DNA of 64,000 nt from Octopus vulgaris. Taxonomy: Eukaryota. A program made the position numbers and the translations under genes. The notes beneath the pieces were generated by a model that worked only from the letters and a program-made list of their open reading frames with translations, was not told the DNA's origin and made no database searches. Position 1 is the stretch's first letter. Every line of letters begins with the position of its first letter. This document shows, piece by piece, positions 12,911-25,875 of the stretch. The stretch lies in assembly GCA_951406725.2 (NCBI GenBank), contig OX597820.1, forward strand, positions 66,526,001-66,590,000, in the 5' to 3' direction.

Positions 12911-13907
12911 TATGTAGGTATAGTTATTGAGTAGTACAATCTGAAAGATCCTGGTAAAGGAAGTTAGTAAGCTTTTAGCATGAACACTGCTAGCGTAGAT
13001 GACAAAAGGTGTGCAATATATGATTAAGAGAGTTTAATTACTGTTATGTTTTACACTTCGTCCTATATTGAAATCAATGGAAATTTCAATAAGCTAACAG
13101 TCACTATACAACTTTGGCTTTAGCAACTAAAATTGCTATGTAACAAACGTCATTTAGCTTTGAAACATATGTAGTCTTTGTTTACCTCCATCAATTCTTT
13201 ACATTGTTTGATTTTATATATGAGATAGAAAGAGTGTAACAGATTTGGTCAAAACTGGAACCACTTCAATCATAATTTTGTCCAAATGAGGCCAACTTAG
13301 AGCTCAACTGCCAGTGACACAGCTCAAGAAAATTTGGTCATCATTCCTTGCTACCAGCACAACCAACCCCTTCAATACTTTACTGTTCCCTTTCGAAGGT
13401 ATTATTATGTTTGTGTAAGAAATTCTTTAATTATTTGTTTACATAAAACCCTTTTTTTTTTTTAATAATTTTTTTTTTCCTGTTCCAAGTTATAGTTTTG
13501 TATTTGCTTTCCTTTTTCCCATTTATTTCTTTCACTGGGTTTCATCTCTGACCTCTCTCTCCCTCTTCAAACCATAACTCCAACCCTTAGCTGTCACACA
13601 CCCACACACATCTACCTCATCTTTTCCTCATCAGTCAAAATAAAAAAAAGTTCAGAGATGAAATAACATAGTACTTATAAACATATTCTCTCACCTTCTC
13701 ACCTTTTTTCTTTTACCCTCCTCCCCCTCATCTTCTTCTAATCTTTCCTCTTACCACACCTCGCTTCATCTCATCTCACATCTTCCCCATCTCCCTTTCT
13801 CTCTCTCTCTCACACTCTTTCTCTCTGCTTATCTTAAAGGTTAGATACATAGATACAGCTGCAGAATTGCCTTGGCTTTCTAATTAATTTTCATCTTGTT
13901 ATTATTA

Positions 13908-14176
13908 TTCTGCGTTCAAATCCCACCGGAGACGATTTTCTTTGCCTTTCATCTTTTCGGGGTACCAGGAAGAATGGGTGTGAGGTGGAAGGGTGGCTAG
14001 AAGAGAGGCAGGCTAGGGAAGGGTGCATTGATAAATTAAGTACCAGTTGAGTGCTGCAATTGATTAAATCAAAACTATACCGCCCCATGCACCAAAATTT
14101 CTATGACTTGCGTGTCGTAAATGAGAAATTACTATTATTATTATTACTATTATTATTATTATTATTATCATTATTA

Positions 14177-14231
<55 letters not shown>

Positions 14232-14232
14232 C
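13908..14232 (+). mobile_element. Nin/Deu-like SINE fragment with long (ATT)n tail
   Basis: ttctgcgttcaaatcccaccgga...ttgcctttcatcttttcggggt [insert] gataaattaagtaccagtt...(att)n. Confidence 0.65.
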
Positions 14233-15240
14233 ATCCTATCCTCTACTCTTGGTTAGGTGACTTGCAAGCAAGGAGGAGATAGAAGGAACTCTCATTGGTA
14301 GCTAATGTAGTCCAGAAATCTATACGGCTCCATAGTGAGCCCTTTTGAGAGATAATTACATGCACACACAAGAACAACAACAACAATAGCAACAACTTCC
14401 ACTCATCATTTGAGGTCTCTATATAGTTACTCGATGTGCTAGAAGTAGCAACCAAATCTCATACAAATCCCAGCATATTGTGTCAGAGAAAGGCACAACG
14501 GACAGCGTGGCCCTTGTTTCCTCTTCACATAGGGAAATGGGATGGTCATGACTGGAATACTTTTAATCACAGCTCTGTCCCAGTGAGAGCTGAACCTAGG
14601 GCTAAAAAATAACACTGCTGTTTTTCTGATTTGTTGTGGTGATGTTTCCCATATAGCAGTATCTGCTCCTTAGGTTTCGCTGTGTTTGTGACATTGTTAA
14701 CCTGTTTCCCTATACACAAGGCAGGGGTTCCCTTATACTTTTTCATTCCATTTACCCCCTGGCAACTTTCTGAGAGTAAATTTACCCCTCCCCCTCTTCA
14801 CATTCTGTTTTGTTCAGTAATTTGAGTTGAAACTTTTGCCATAATAAAACAGTTGACAAAGAAGAAATTTCAAAATACTGTTATTAAACATTTACTATTT
14901 TACATTCAACAAACAATAGCTGTAAAATAACACCTAACAATGTTTCTTTACTTATTTATGAACTAATGGTGCAAGCATTGCTGTGTGGTAAGACATGGTT
15001 CTGGGTTCAGTCCCACTGTGTGACACTGTGAGCAAGTGTCTTCTATTATAGATAGCCTCAGATCTACAAAGGCCTTGTGAGATGATTTAGTAGATGGAAA
15101 CAGAAAGAAGCTTGTCATGCAAGTACACATAAATGACAGAGGGAAAAAGACACCCTTATAATCATTAAAATTCCCTTATATCTGAAATTATACATTCAAA
15201 TTATTTATTAATTGTTATAATGTGAATATTTAATGAAGTG

Positions 15241-16407
15241 TCTTTATGGTCCCAGAAGTGTTCCATAGGGTCCATATCTAGTGACTGGCCTGGCCAGGGA
15301 AGCTTTTTAATGCCATTCTCATCCAACAAATGTGACAAGGAGCCCCATCTTCCATGAATAAAGAGTCTTCTGTAATCATTTCATCACTTGAGAAGATTGG
15401 AAGGAGTCCTTTCTGCAATATGGACACATATTTATCTGTGTTTATGTTTCCACTCCACCAGCTCTCCAGACAATCACAGAATAGACCATCACAGAATTGC
15501 TCCAGATAGCTCTCCAGACCATCACAGAATAGCTTCTGTGTTTCATTGTTAGCTGCAATCTTTTCACATTAAATTCTTGATCACAGGGTCTCCAGACCCA
15601 CACTCAACCACTGTCAGGAAATACAGCAAATCTGGACTCATCGGAGAATATGACAGTGTCCCAAAATGATAACAGCCTCTCCACCATCTCATTGGCCCAA
15701 TCTTTTCTCCGTTTGTTAAAGGCTGGTCGAAGAAGTGGCTTCCTTCTTGCCGCTTTGCCATAGTAACCAATTCTGTGGAGATACCTGACAGCTGTTCTGG
15801 GACTGACATCAACTTGTTATGCTATGTCAGAGGCCTTGCATCAAGGATTATCCTCCACATTTCTCTTAGCAAAGAGAAGGGTCCTGTCAGAGGGCCCTGT
15901 TTGATCTGGTCGATGTAATGTGGACTCTTTCCCCTCTCTGGTGAATTGCACAATCACTCTATTAACTATAGAAAGCAGGATCCCAAGGTTTTCTGCGATT
16001 TTACACTATGTCCCCTTTCAGAATGACCCACAATATGGATTCTTTGAAATTCAGACAGTTCCAAGGCTTCTTTTGAACATTTCATAAAAAAATGTCAATT
16101 AATAAAAAATGTAAATCTTTACAAGTTAGAATAGACATAAAACTATGTCTTATAGTGTGTCTATTTGTCCACCACCACTACTTGACAACTGGTGTTGGTG
16201 TGTTTATGTCCCAAGAACTTAGCAGGTTGGCAAAAGAAATCAATAGAATAAGTACAGGTTTAGAAACAAATAAGTAGATTCTTCGAGATGAGTGCCTCAG
16301 CATGGCCACAGTCTAATGACTGAAACAAGTAAAAGATAAAAAGATGGACAGATAAGTGAACACCACACAATCTTCTGAATTAAACTATTCCATTAGTAGC
16401 CACACTG
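15241..16407 (-). mobile_element. Tc1 DNA transposon remnant (one terminus retained, 3' part lost)
   Basis: Minus strand begins TA|CAGTGTGGCTACTAATGG at 16409-16390 (TA target plus CAGTG terminus) upstream of the transposase; a family A SINE tail is inserted at ~16150-16345. Confidence 0.8.
15243..16080 (-). pseudogene. Decayed Tc1-family (DD34E-type) transposase
   Basis: Manual minus-strand translation across frameshifts gives ELSEFQRIHIVG...[17 protein letters not shown] (HTH), DVSPRTAVRYLHRIGYYGKAARRKPLL, FWDTVIFSDESRF (15628-15666), SVMVWRA, LFMEDGAPCH (15332-15361) and LPWPGQSLDMDPMEHFWD (~15249-15302). These are the canonical Tc1 motifs, with stops, frameshifts and a deletion between the second D and the E. 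Confidence 0.93.
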
Positions 16408-16684
16408 TAATTAAGAAGTATACAATATAGATTGTTGATCTTAAGTGGTAGACAGAAAAACAAAACTTGCATTTATTCATGAAATGGTCCTACTTCAGAT
16501 ATTTTCGTTAAAACTTCAGATTTTTAAAAAAAATTATAATTGATAAGCAAAACAAACTGATAAAGCCAGAATCAGGAGATTGAATTTACTTCCTGGGGCT
16601 AAATTTACTTCAGTTCGTAACTCCTAGCTTAAGATATATATATGACAACTAATATTTCAATGAAGGAAAGTGTCAGGTCTGAAG

Positions 16685-16762
16685 CAGGAGTGAACAACTG
16701 TTTTTTTGTACCACGGGTTTCATGCAGGATAATTTTTACCATAGACTGGTGGGGGGGGGGGG
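16685..16762 (+). mobile_element. hAT-Charlie (MER1-like) left terminus fragment
   Basis: caggagtgaacaactgtttttttgtaccacgggtttcatgcaggataatttttaccatagactgg(g)n resembles the remembered MER1/Charlie3 end CAGGGGTCCCCAACCTTTTTGGCACCAGGGACCGGTTTCATGGAAGACAATTTTTCCACGGAC. Confidence 0.5.
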
Positions 16763-16799
16763 ATCATCTGCATAACAAAACACACTAAAATGCGTAATC

Positions 16800-16975
16800 A
16801 GCATAATCATTATCATCCGCTTTCCATGCTGGCATGGGTTGGATGGTTTGACTGAGGGCTGGCGAGCCAGAAGGTCGCACCAGGCTCCAATCCAATCTAG
16901 CCATATTTCTACAGCTGGATGCCCTTTCTAACACCAACCACTCCAAGAGTGAAGTGGGTGAATTTTACGTGTCAC
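16800..16975 (-). mobile_element. Meta-like SINE 3' fragment
   Basis: catccgctttccatgctggcatgggttggatgg...tttctacagctggatgccctttctaacaccaaccac. Confidence 0.75.
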
Positions 16976-17546
16976 TTAATTTTTGAGAGCAGTCAAGTTT
17001 ATTTCAGATATTCTCAATTTAAAACTCATCTCTGGCTAATCTTTGAGAGGACGTTGGTGTTGCCTTGGTGGAAGTTTGTGCTCTCTGAGTGCTCGTTTTA
17101 TTTTGTGTCTGTATATATCTCCATTAAAACATACCTTATTCTTTGGTAAGATTATTTTTATTGAGTTATTCTCTGAACACCAAATTTCTCACACCAAATA
17201 AAAAAAAAAAAACCCAAAAGGTTAATTATTTTACCACAATAATAATAGTTTTTAAAACGAATTTGGGAGACATATGTTTACCAAAGTGTTAAGGAAGATT
17301 TAACTGCTATTTCTTGTAGATTATGAGTCACGTAGAGCAGGGTTTGGCAACAAGTGAGCTACAAATGTGGTGGCGGTGGTGATGGTGGTAGTTTGGTTCT
17401 TGGTCAGTTCTTGTCATGCAAACCTCAATGATCAAAGACATTCTTGCATTGAACATGCTCCCAGGCATATTCCTTAATTATTAACGAGAGTGTCATCTCA
17501 AGTGGCACACCCATCTGACCAAATACAAACTTGCTTCAGGGTTTCA

Positions 17547-17562
17547 CAACCAGGTGGCAGCA
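17547..17562 (+). promoter_or_regulatory. CTCF-like binding motif
   Basis: CAACCAGGTGGCAGCA closely matches the CTCF core consensus (CCACCAGG[GT]GGCAGCA) and lies in non-repetitive sequence. Confidence 0.45.
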
Positions 17563-17904
17563 GGGTGGTGTTATCGTGATTTAACCATTAATTCACAGCT
17601 AAGTGCTTGTTTTCTATTGGGTTTAACTTATTTATCGGCATTCTCTTAGGTACAGCCATTTATCACAAGAGCTCATATTTCAACAGTGAAGTCTTGTCTA
17701 TAATAATAATTATTGTTGTTGTTGTTTTTCATGTTGATGTTATTGTTTCCTTTCTTCTTTTTTTTTTCCTCTTGTGAATGTGTTCTTCAAAAAAAAAAAA
17801 AAGAAAAAAAGGGCCTTGGCATTTGGCTGTATATAGATGTGTGTATATGTTTTATACGTATATATGTTGATAGTTTGTGTATCTTTATCACTTTCCTTCT
17901 GTAT

Positions 17905-18233
17905 GCATGTGTAAGTGTGTGTGTATATATATATATGTATGTATATGTGTGTATATATATGTATGTATATGTGTATATGTATGTATGTATATATATATAT
18001 GTATGTATATGCATATGTATATATATATATGTATGTATGTATATATATATATGTATATATGTGTATATATATATGTGTATATATATATGTGTATATATAT
18101 ATATATGTGTATATATGTATGTGCATATATATAAATGTATATATATATGTATATATATATATATGTATGTATATATATATGTATATATATATATGTATAT
18201 ATATGTGTATGTATATATATATGTATGCATGTG

Positions 18234-18269
<36 letters not shown>

Positions 18270-18270
18270 G
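17905..18270. repeat. Compound (TA/TG)n microsatellite
   Basis: Direct reading. Confidence 0.95.
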
Positions 18271-18843
18271 TTCGTGTGTGTTTAAATATGTATAAAACGT
18301 GTGTATATGTGAGTGGTTTTATTCATGTATGTATATAAAGCACACATGTGTATTTCATTGCGTGTATGTATGTCTGTAAACATTTCTTTACAAGCAATAA
18401 TTTTTTCAACAATCTTTTTTTTCTTTTTTCCGTTACAAATGTAATTTGTCAGCCAAAGAAATGAATTGTATTTTTAACTTAATTGTTTAACAGAACAGTA
18501 AAACCCACACAAACGCATACACATAAACACCTCGTATATATATATATATATACATACACAAACTCATAAATATCTCGTATACACATATACACACGCACGA
18601 GCACAGATCGAATGTTACACATCGTTATGGACGTACGTATGTGTGTGTGTATATATGCTTGTATGTAGCTGTGTATGATGGTGCTTGTCTAAGTATGTGT
18701 GTGGTGAGTGAATATATTGAATTTAAACACCAGTTGTGAAGTGTTGGGATCATCTATTACAGCTCTTATACGCAAGACCTCTTAAGCGCTCAAACATACT
18801 CTCCCGCACTTTTCTCTCTTATTCTCTCTCTGTCTCTCTCCCC

Positions 18844-18914
<71 letters not shown>

Positions 18915-18949
18915 CACTTTCCCTGTGTCTAACCGAACATACCCCCATA

Positions 18950-18999
<50 letters not shown>

Positions 19000-19130
19000 T
19001 TATAATGGAAAATAATAAATGGACAGGTGGATACAAGGCATCAAGTCATTTATAACGTATTCATTACAGAAGAGGTTATAAAAGTATAAAATTATATAAA
19101 TTTAGCAGAAAACCAGGGAATTCCAATATT

Positions 19131-19345
<215 letters not shown>

Positions 19346-19688
19346 TTTAGAAGATATATAGGTAGATAGATATAAAGATATTATATATGTATATATATAT
19401 ATATGTATATATACATACATACATACATACATACATACATACACACACACGCACACACTCATATATATATACATATAATTTTTCAACATAAATCTTTAAC
19501 TTTTAACCAGAAACTTCCATTTCATTGATTTTAATAATTGATGTGCGCGCGTACGCTTTTTATTTATTTATTTATTTTTTGTAGGGTTTAATGTAAACTG
19601 CTGTAGCTTACATTATATCTGAAGCTGAGATTATGGTGATTGTGTGACTGTTTCGAAGGTGGTGTTTGTGTGTGGTTTCGATCATAGT

Positions 19689-20612
19689 AGGCGCTGACCT
19701 GGCTGTGTGTTAAGAAGCTTGCTTCCCAACCACATGGTTCCGGGTTCAGTCCCACTGCATGGCACCTTCGGCAAGTGTCTACTACTATGGTAGCGGGACT
19801 GATCAAAGCATTGGAAATGGATTTGGGAGACGGAAACTGAAAGAAACCCGTCGTATATCGGTGTGGCTGTGTGGTAAGAAGCTTACTATCCAACCACATG
19901 GTTCTGGGTTCAGTCCCACTGCCTGGCACCTTCGGCAAGTGTCTACTACTATGGTAGCGGGACTGATCAAAGCATTGGAAATGGATTTGGGAGACGGAAA
20001 CTGAAAGAAACCCGTCGTATATCGGTGTGGCTGTGTGGTAAGAAACTTACTATCCAACCACATGGTTCTGGGTTCAGTCCCACTGCCTGGCACCTTCGGC
20101 AAGTGTGTACTACTATGGTAGCTGGCTGATCAAAGCATTGGAAATGGATTTGGGAGACGGAAACTGAAAGAAACCCGTCGTATATCGGTGTGTGGCTGTG
20201 TGGTAAGAAACTTACTATCCAACCACATGGTTCTGGATTCAGTCCCACTGCCTGGCACCTTCGGCAAGTGTCTACTACTATGGTAGCGGGACTGATCAAA
20301 GCACTGGAAATGGATTTGGGAGGCGGAAACTGAAAGAAGCCTGTCGCACACACACACACACATATATGTATGTGTGTGTGTGTGCCTTTTTGTCTGGGTT
20401 TGTCCTCCAACAACCGGTGTTGGTTTGTTTGCTTCTCCGTAACTTAGCGGTCGGCAAAAGAGACCAGTAAAATAACAACAAGGCTTTAAACAAAAAGTAA
20501 CAATAACAACAAGTACTGGGGTCGAATGAATCCACCCCAGTACTTCTTCAAGGCGGTACCCCAGTATGGCCGCAGTCAAATGACTGAAACAAGTTAAATA
20601 TATAAAAATAAA
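19689..20612 (+). mobile_element. Tandem array of four family A SINE heads (~164-bp period) with one tail
   Basis: The junction gtcgtatatcg ends at 19860, 20024 and 20187; the fourth unit continues into (CA)n and the normal tail. Confidence 0.9.
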
Positions 20613-20727
20613 AAGATAGTTCGTGACATTAACTCCCATAATAGTGACGACGACGATGATGATGATGTTACAAATATGGCCGTGGTTTGTGACATAACTC
20701 TAAAAATAACGAGATTTCATCATTTTG

Positions 20728-20800
20728 TCTTGTCCTATATCTTGTCCTATATCTTGTCCTATGTCTTGTCCTATATCTTGTCCTATTACATGTCCTATGT
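20728..20800. repeat. 12-bp minisatellite (tcttgtcctata), about 5-6 copies
   Basis: Direct reading. Confidence 0.9.
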
Positions 20801-21964
20801 AATCACGTCTCTCCGTCTTTATTGCGGTCTCACCTCTCACCAATCCTCTCGTTCTCTTTTCAGTATCTCCTTTTTTCCCCTCTCGTTTCTTCTCTCTTTT
20901 TCTTCTGTACTCACAGCTCTATTTCGCCATCCGTCTGTTTCTCTCTGTCTTTCTACCATTTTCGTATTAATACTTGTCCAACTGCCTCTCTCTCTCTCTC
21001 TCTCTTCACAACATTCTTACAGTGATTCTTCACCAACTCCGCCGCTCTCTCTCTCTCTTTCTCTCGCTCTCTCTCCCTCTTTACCATATTCTTGTAAAGA
21101 CACACACTCTCTCTCTCTTCCCACCATATTCTTATGACACTTTTCTCCTGTTTTCTCGCTCCCACTGTGGTTTTCTTATTCTCTTTCCCGTAACACGTCT
21201 TTCTCTCTCTCACCGATAGAGAACTGCTCTCTCTTTCCCCCCCTCTCTCTCTCTCTCTCGCACACATTCTTCTACATCTCTTTCTTATCACGCAAACTCT
21301 CCCCCCCACTCTCTCTCGCTGCAATGTTCTTATGCCACTTCACTCCACCACATTCGTATGACATTCACAATCTCACTCTCTCTCTCTCTCCTCAATGTTC
21401 TTATAACACTCTCTCTCTCTCTCTCTCTCGTCATTTCTCTCACCTTCTTCACTACAGTCTAATCTCACCTCATTCTCTCCCTCCTGCCTCTCCTTACCCC
21501 TCCCTAGTTATACAACAACATCTTCCATGCACCGAAACCTACTTTAGTTTACCAATTCTGACAAACTGTAAACGTGGCCATCTATTATACATACATACAT
21601 ACATACATACATACATACATACATACATACATACATACATACATACACATATATAAATAATTATATATATATGTGTGTGTGTGTGCCCTATATATATGTG
21701 TGTGTCCTGCAACTATTTTCTTTATCCGTTGCATTCTTTTCGTTTCTCTTCTTTTTCACCCTCATTTTCTATTTAGACTCTGAAATAATGACATAATGGA
21801 AAGAAAAAGTAAATCTAATGGCTTTTATAATTATATTTGTGTGGGATAGATAGATAGACAGACAGATAGACAGATATATATATATATAGATTGATGGATA
21901 GATAGATAGATAGATAGATGGTCTAAGAATCGTATGTGTTGTGGTGTGTATACATACACGTTTA

Positions 21965-22002
<38 letters not shown>

Positions 22003-22040
22003 CATATGTGCAATTTGCACCTATCAAAATCTAAAAATCT

Positions 22041-22075
<35 letters not shown>

Positions 22076-22753
22076 TATGTACCCATTGACACGCAAGTGT
22101 GTATGTGTGTGTGTATATAAACACTCATGCATGAGTGTGTACATATTTGTTGTGGAAAAAAAAAAAAAAAGACAAAATCACTGTACGAAAATCTCAATTG
22201 ATCTAATGTTTTCTGTAAACAAGATGATCTTTACGGAAGTTCTGATGAGAAGCAGAAAGAATAAGACGCAAAAACAACGTAAAAAGAAATCTGTCGAGTG
22301 CAAAAAAAAAAAAATTCCCATTTGACAGGGAAATCTTATTTATGAATAAATCTATTGAATAATTTGAATCGTTTAAATGGTTCTGAAGGAAGATTTAATG
22401 GGGTGTGTATATGCATTTATGCACATCTGTATAGTAATATGTATAGTAATAAGTACGTGTGTGTGTATAAATACATGTATATATATATATATATATACAC
22501 ACATACGTTTAAACTTTTGACCTATAGCTGGAGAGCTATTATTGACAACTTACGTTCTACTTTCAATCACCGTTCGGCATATTATCATATCTCTTTCTCT
22601 TTCTCGTCTCTCATTTCAAATATATAAACTATGTTTTATTATATCTATCAAATATGATAGCATCTACTTTAGCTATTAAAGTGTTCATGTGCTGGGTATC
22701 CTTCCTTAGGTAATTGTGCCCCCGCCCCCTGCTCATCAGTCCATTGCTTCGCA

Positions 22754-22836
<83 letters not shown>

Positions 22837-23174
22837 AAAGTAAAAAAAAAATTTTAAATATACAAACTGGGACAAGAACGTGAAACATTTAGAAGACGAC
22901 ACAAAAAACACGGACGGGACATTCGAAGCCCTCAATCATCAGTCAAGAACCGGATCATCTTCGCAATTTCGGCTGATTAATATATAAAACATATAAAACA
23001 GTCAGCTGATGAAGTGTTAAATATGCTAGAAACAGCAGCCAAATCGCTCTGAAAATGTACCATTCTGACTATAAGAAAATGCGCCAAACAAGACCTCAAT
23101 ATGACTTTCACCAACCGCCAATTGGCTTTTAAAATCTTTAAAGATCAGATCAATTTGAATCCGCAAATATCTAT

Positions 23175-23768
23175 CTATATGCTTTTCTACTCTCGAGCAC
23201 AAAGGCCAAAATTTTGGAGGAGGGTGATGGGGGCAGTCGATTAGATCGACCCCAGTAGGCAACTGGTACTTAATTTTATCAACCCTGAAAGGATGAAAGG
23301 CAAAGTCGACCTCGGCGGAATTTGAACCCAGAACGTAAAGACAGACGAATTACCTATTTCTTTACTACCCACAAGGAGCTAAACACAGAGGGGACAAACA
23401 AGGACAGACAAACGGATTAAGTCGATTATATCGACCCCAGTATGCAACAGGTACTTAATTTATCGACTCCGAAAGGATGAAAGGCAAAGTCGACCTCGGC
23501 GGAATTTGAACTCAACGTAACGGCAGACGAAATACCTATTTCTTTATTACCCACAAGGGGCTAAACACAGAGGGGACAAACAAGGACAGACATAGGTATT
23601 AAGTCGATTACATCGACCCCAGTGCGTAACTGGTACTTAATTTATCGACTCCGAAAGGATGCAAGGCAAAGTCGACCTCGGCGGAATTTGAACTCAGAAC
23701 GTAGCGGCAGACGGAATACCGCTAAACATTTCGCCCGGCGTGCCGACGCTTCTGCCTGGTCGCCGCCT
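23175..23768 (-). mobile_element. Multimeric Nin/Deu-like SINE with 15-bp TSD
   Basis: One head (aggcggcgaccaggcagaagcgtcggcacgccgggcgaaatg) plus three gtcgactttgcctttcatcctttc...gataaattaagtacc modules; tccgcaaatatctat at 23160-23174 and 23769-23783. Confidence 0.88.
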
Positions 23769-24379
23769 TCCGCAAATATCTATATTCTCTGAAAATGGTA
23801 CTGACTGATCTTCTTAAGAGTTATGTCTTTTGTTTGATGCTTTCATATGTTAAGTTTTTTCTGTTTTTTTTCTTCTCTCTTTGAATAATTTCCATTGATA
23901 GCATTTAGTATTTTATTGGCATTAATAAGTGTCTCTTGTAAAAACAGTCTAAGTGCGTTGATGTTGTATTCTGTGCAACATATACTTTATACGAATTCTT
24001 AGCATTAGTACTAATTGACCGACATTTATTTATTGTATTACATTTTTGTAACACACATACAAAATACACACCGTTTTCATTGATGTATTTGAAAAATATC
24101 GCTGTCTTCCATAAATGTATTTATCAAGGTACGGATTTCGTTTTGAGCAATGTGACAAGCGGGCGCTGCAGTATTGACAGGCTTCAACAAAGGCGAAATG
24201 CCTCCGTCGTTCTCGTTTATCATTGCAGCATGCAGCAACGATGTTCGTCTCACTCTGAAACACACACGCGCACACACACACATACACCTGATTTTATATC
24301 AGACAATTTCCATGTCTTCATGCCTTCTAACGGTGTACGTATTTTTAGTGTGATACACAATATTTATGGAGGATTATGA

Positions 24380-25000
24380 GAGACTGAAAAAAGCCTGTCG
24401 TGTGTGTGTGTGTGTGTCTGTGAGTGTGTGCGTGTATCTTTGTGTTCGTCTTCTACCACCACCATTTGACAACCGATGTTGGTTTGCTTACGTTCTCGTA
24501 ACTTAGCAGTTCAGCATTAGATATCGATAAAATAAGTACCAAGAATTAAAAAAAAAAACAGCATTCCTTCGGTATTGTGAGTGTCAGTATGAGATGACGT
24601 CATTCACCCTCTTTTTCAGTTTAGCCTCTTTAATTGTTATGACTGATGGTTGTATGGGTGAATGACGTCATTTACCAATATCAAAAGATTGCAAAAAAAA
24701 AAACAGACGGAAAGAAAAGAATCTTTTCCGTTTGGTTACACCTGTGGAAATTCTAAAGTTTGGTGAAAACTTAAAAAATTTGGTGTATCGATGTAATTTT
24801 CCACGCTGAATCTCAGAGGCTATTTCACTTTTACCAGGAAAAAATGTTGAGAAGATATACAGAGGTTTAAAGTTTGAAAAAAAGGAAAAAAAATGCTGGA
24901 ACCGATTTCGATAAAAAAAAAAGAAAGCCTTCCAAGCGGTGCCCCAGCATGGGCGCAGTCCTATCACTGAAGCAATGAAGAAGATTAAACAAGAAAACAT
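24380..25000 (+). mobile_element. SINE family A 3' part split by a ~340-bp insertion (~24559-24898)
   Basis: gactgaaaaaagcctgtcg...aataagtacc precedes the insert and gcggtgccccagcatgggcgcagtcc follows it; the insert ends are cagcatt...aatgctg. Confidence 0.6.
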
Positions 25001-25269
25001 TCCATTGGGTTTTATTGCTTTCTTATTGACACCCTTTATTGACGGTTGTTGCTATCTTGGCTACTTTTAATTGTTTCTGAAACGGCTATGATATGCGTGT
25101 GTGTGTGCAGGTGGGTGTGTATGTGAGAGTTGGTGTTAATGAGTGCGTATTGGTGTTAGTGAGTGCAAGTTTATATTTAGCCGTATACAAATGTATAAAA
25201 TAGCTATATTTGAGATCCATTGCTAGGGTCATGGCTCTTGCTCGTTGTAATACCGGTGTTGGCCTGCAA

Positions 25270-25875
25270 AGGTGGTGGTGGTGGTGTTGGTAGTAGTGTT
25301 AGTGGTAGTAGAAGTAATAACGGTGATCTTCGCTGTATCGATGGCGGAGGCGGTGGTGGTGGTGATGGTGGTAGTTGTTGAGGTTGTGGTGGTGGTGATA
25401 GTGGTTGCCGTTAATAAACTAGTGATAGATAAGATGTGGTGCTTGTAATCAAGGTGGCGGCGGTGGTGTTGGTGGTGGGACTGGTGGTTGCAGGTGGTGG
25501 TGGTGGTGGTGGTGGTGGTGGTACTGGTAGTTGCAGGTGGTGGTGGTGGTGGTACAGGTGGTTGCAGGTGGTGGCGTTCTGCAGTCGGTGTCGCGGTGAC
25601 AGTAAATGTTGAAAGTTGAGTGTTGGCAGTTTGTATTGTATTTGAACAGCCCAGCCAATCACCACCACAAAAACCACCTCCCACCACCACCACCGGACCA
25701 ACCCCCCCCCCCGCCATCTCCAATAACAACTATATAACCAATACAACACGTGTCTCCTCTCACTCCGACACTGACTAGGTCAGTATGGTTCGTTTCAATA
25801 ATCAAAAATTACCTCCACCACCACCACCACCACAACCACCACCACCACCACCACCACCCAACGCCACCACCACCG
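25270..25875. repeat. (GGT)n tracts followed by (ACC)n tracts
   Basis: Direct reading; low complexity. Confidence 0.85.

Noticed and set aside
13220-13400. AG...GT-bounded unique segment as a coding exon
   Set aside because: Stops in all three forward frames.
15564-15812. 82-aa ORF as an independent gene
   Set aside because: It is an out-of-frame reading of the Tc1 transposase pseudogene.
19689-20346. CRISPR-like array
   Set aside because: Units are contiguous near-identical SINE heads with no unique spacers; eukaryotic context.
22669-22757. CTGATGAG hammerhead core on the minus strand
   Set aside because: No stem II closing onto GAAA downstream.
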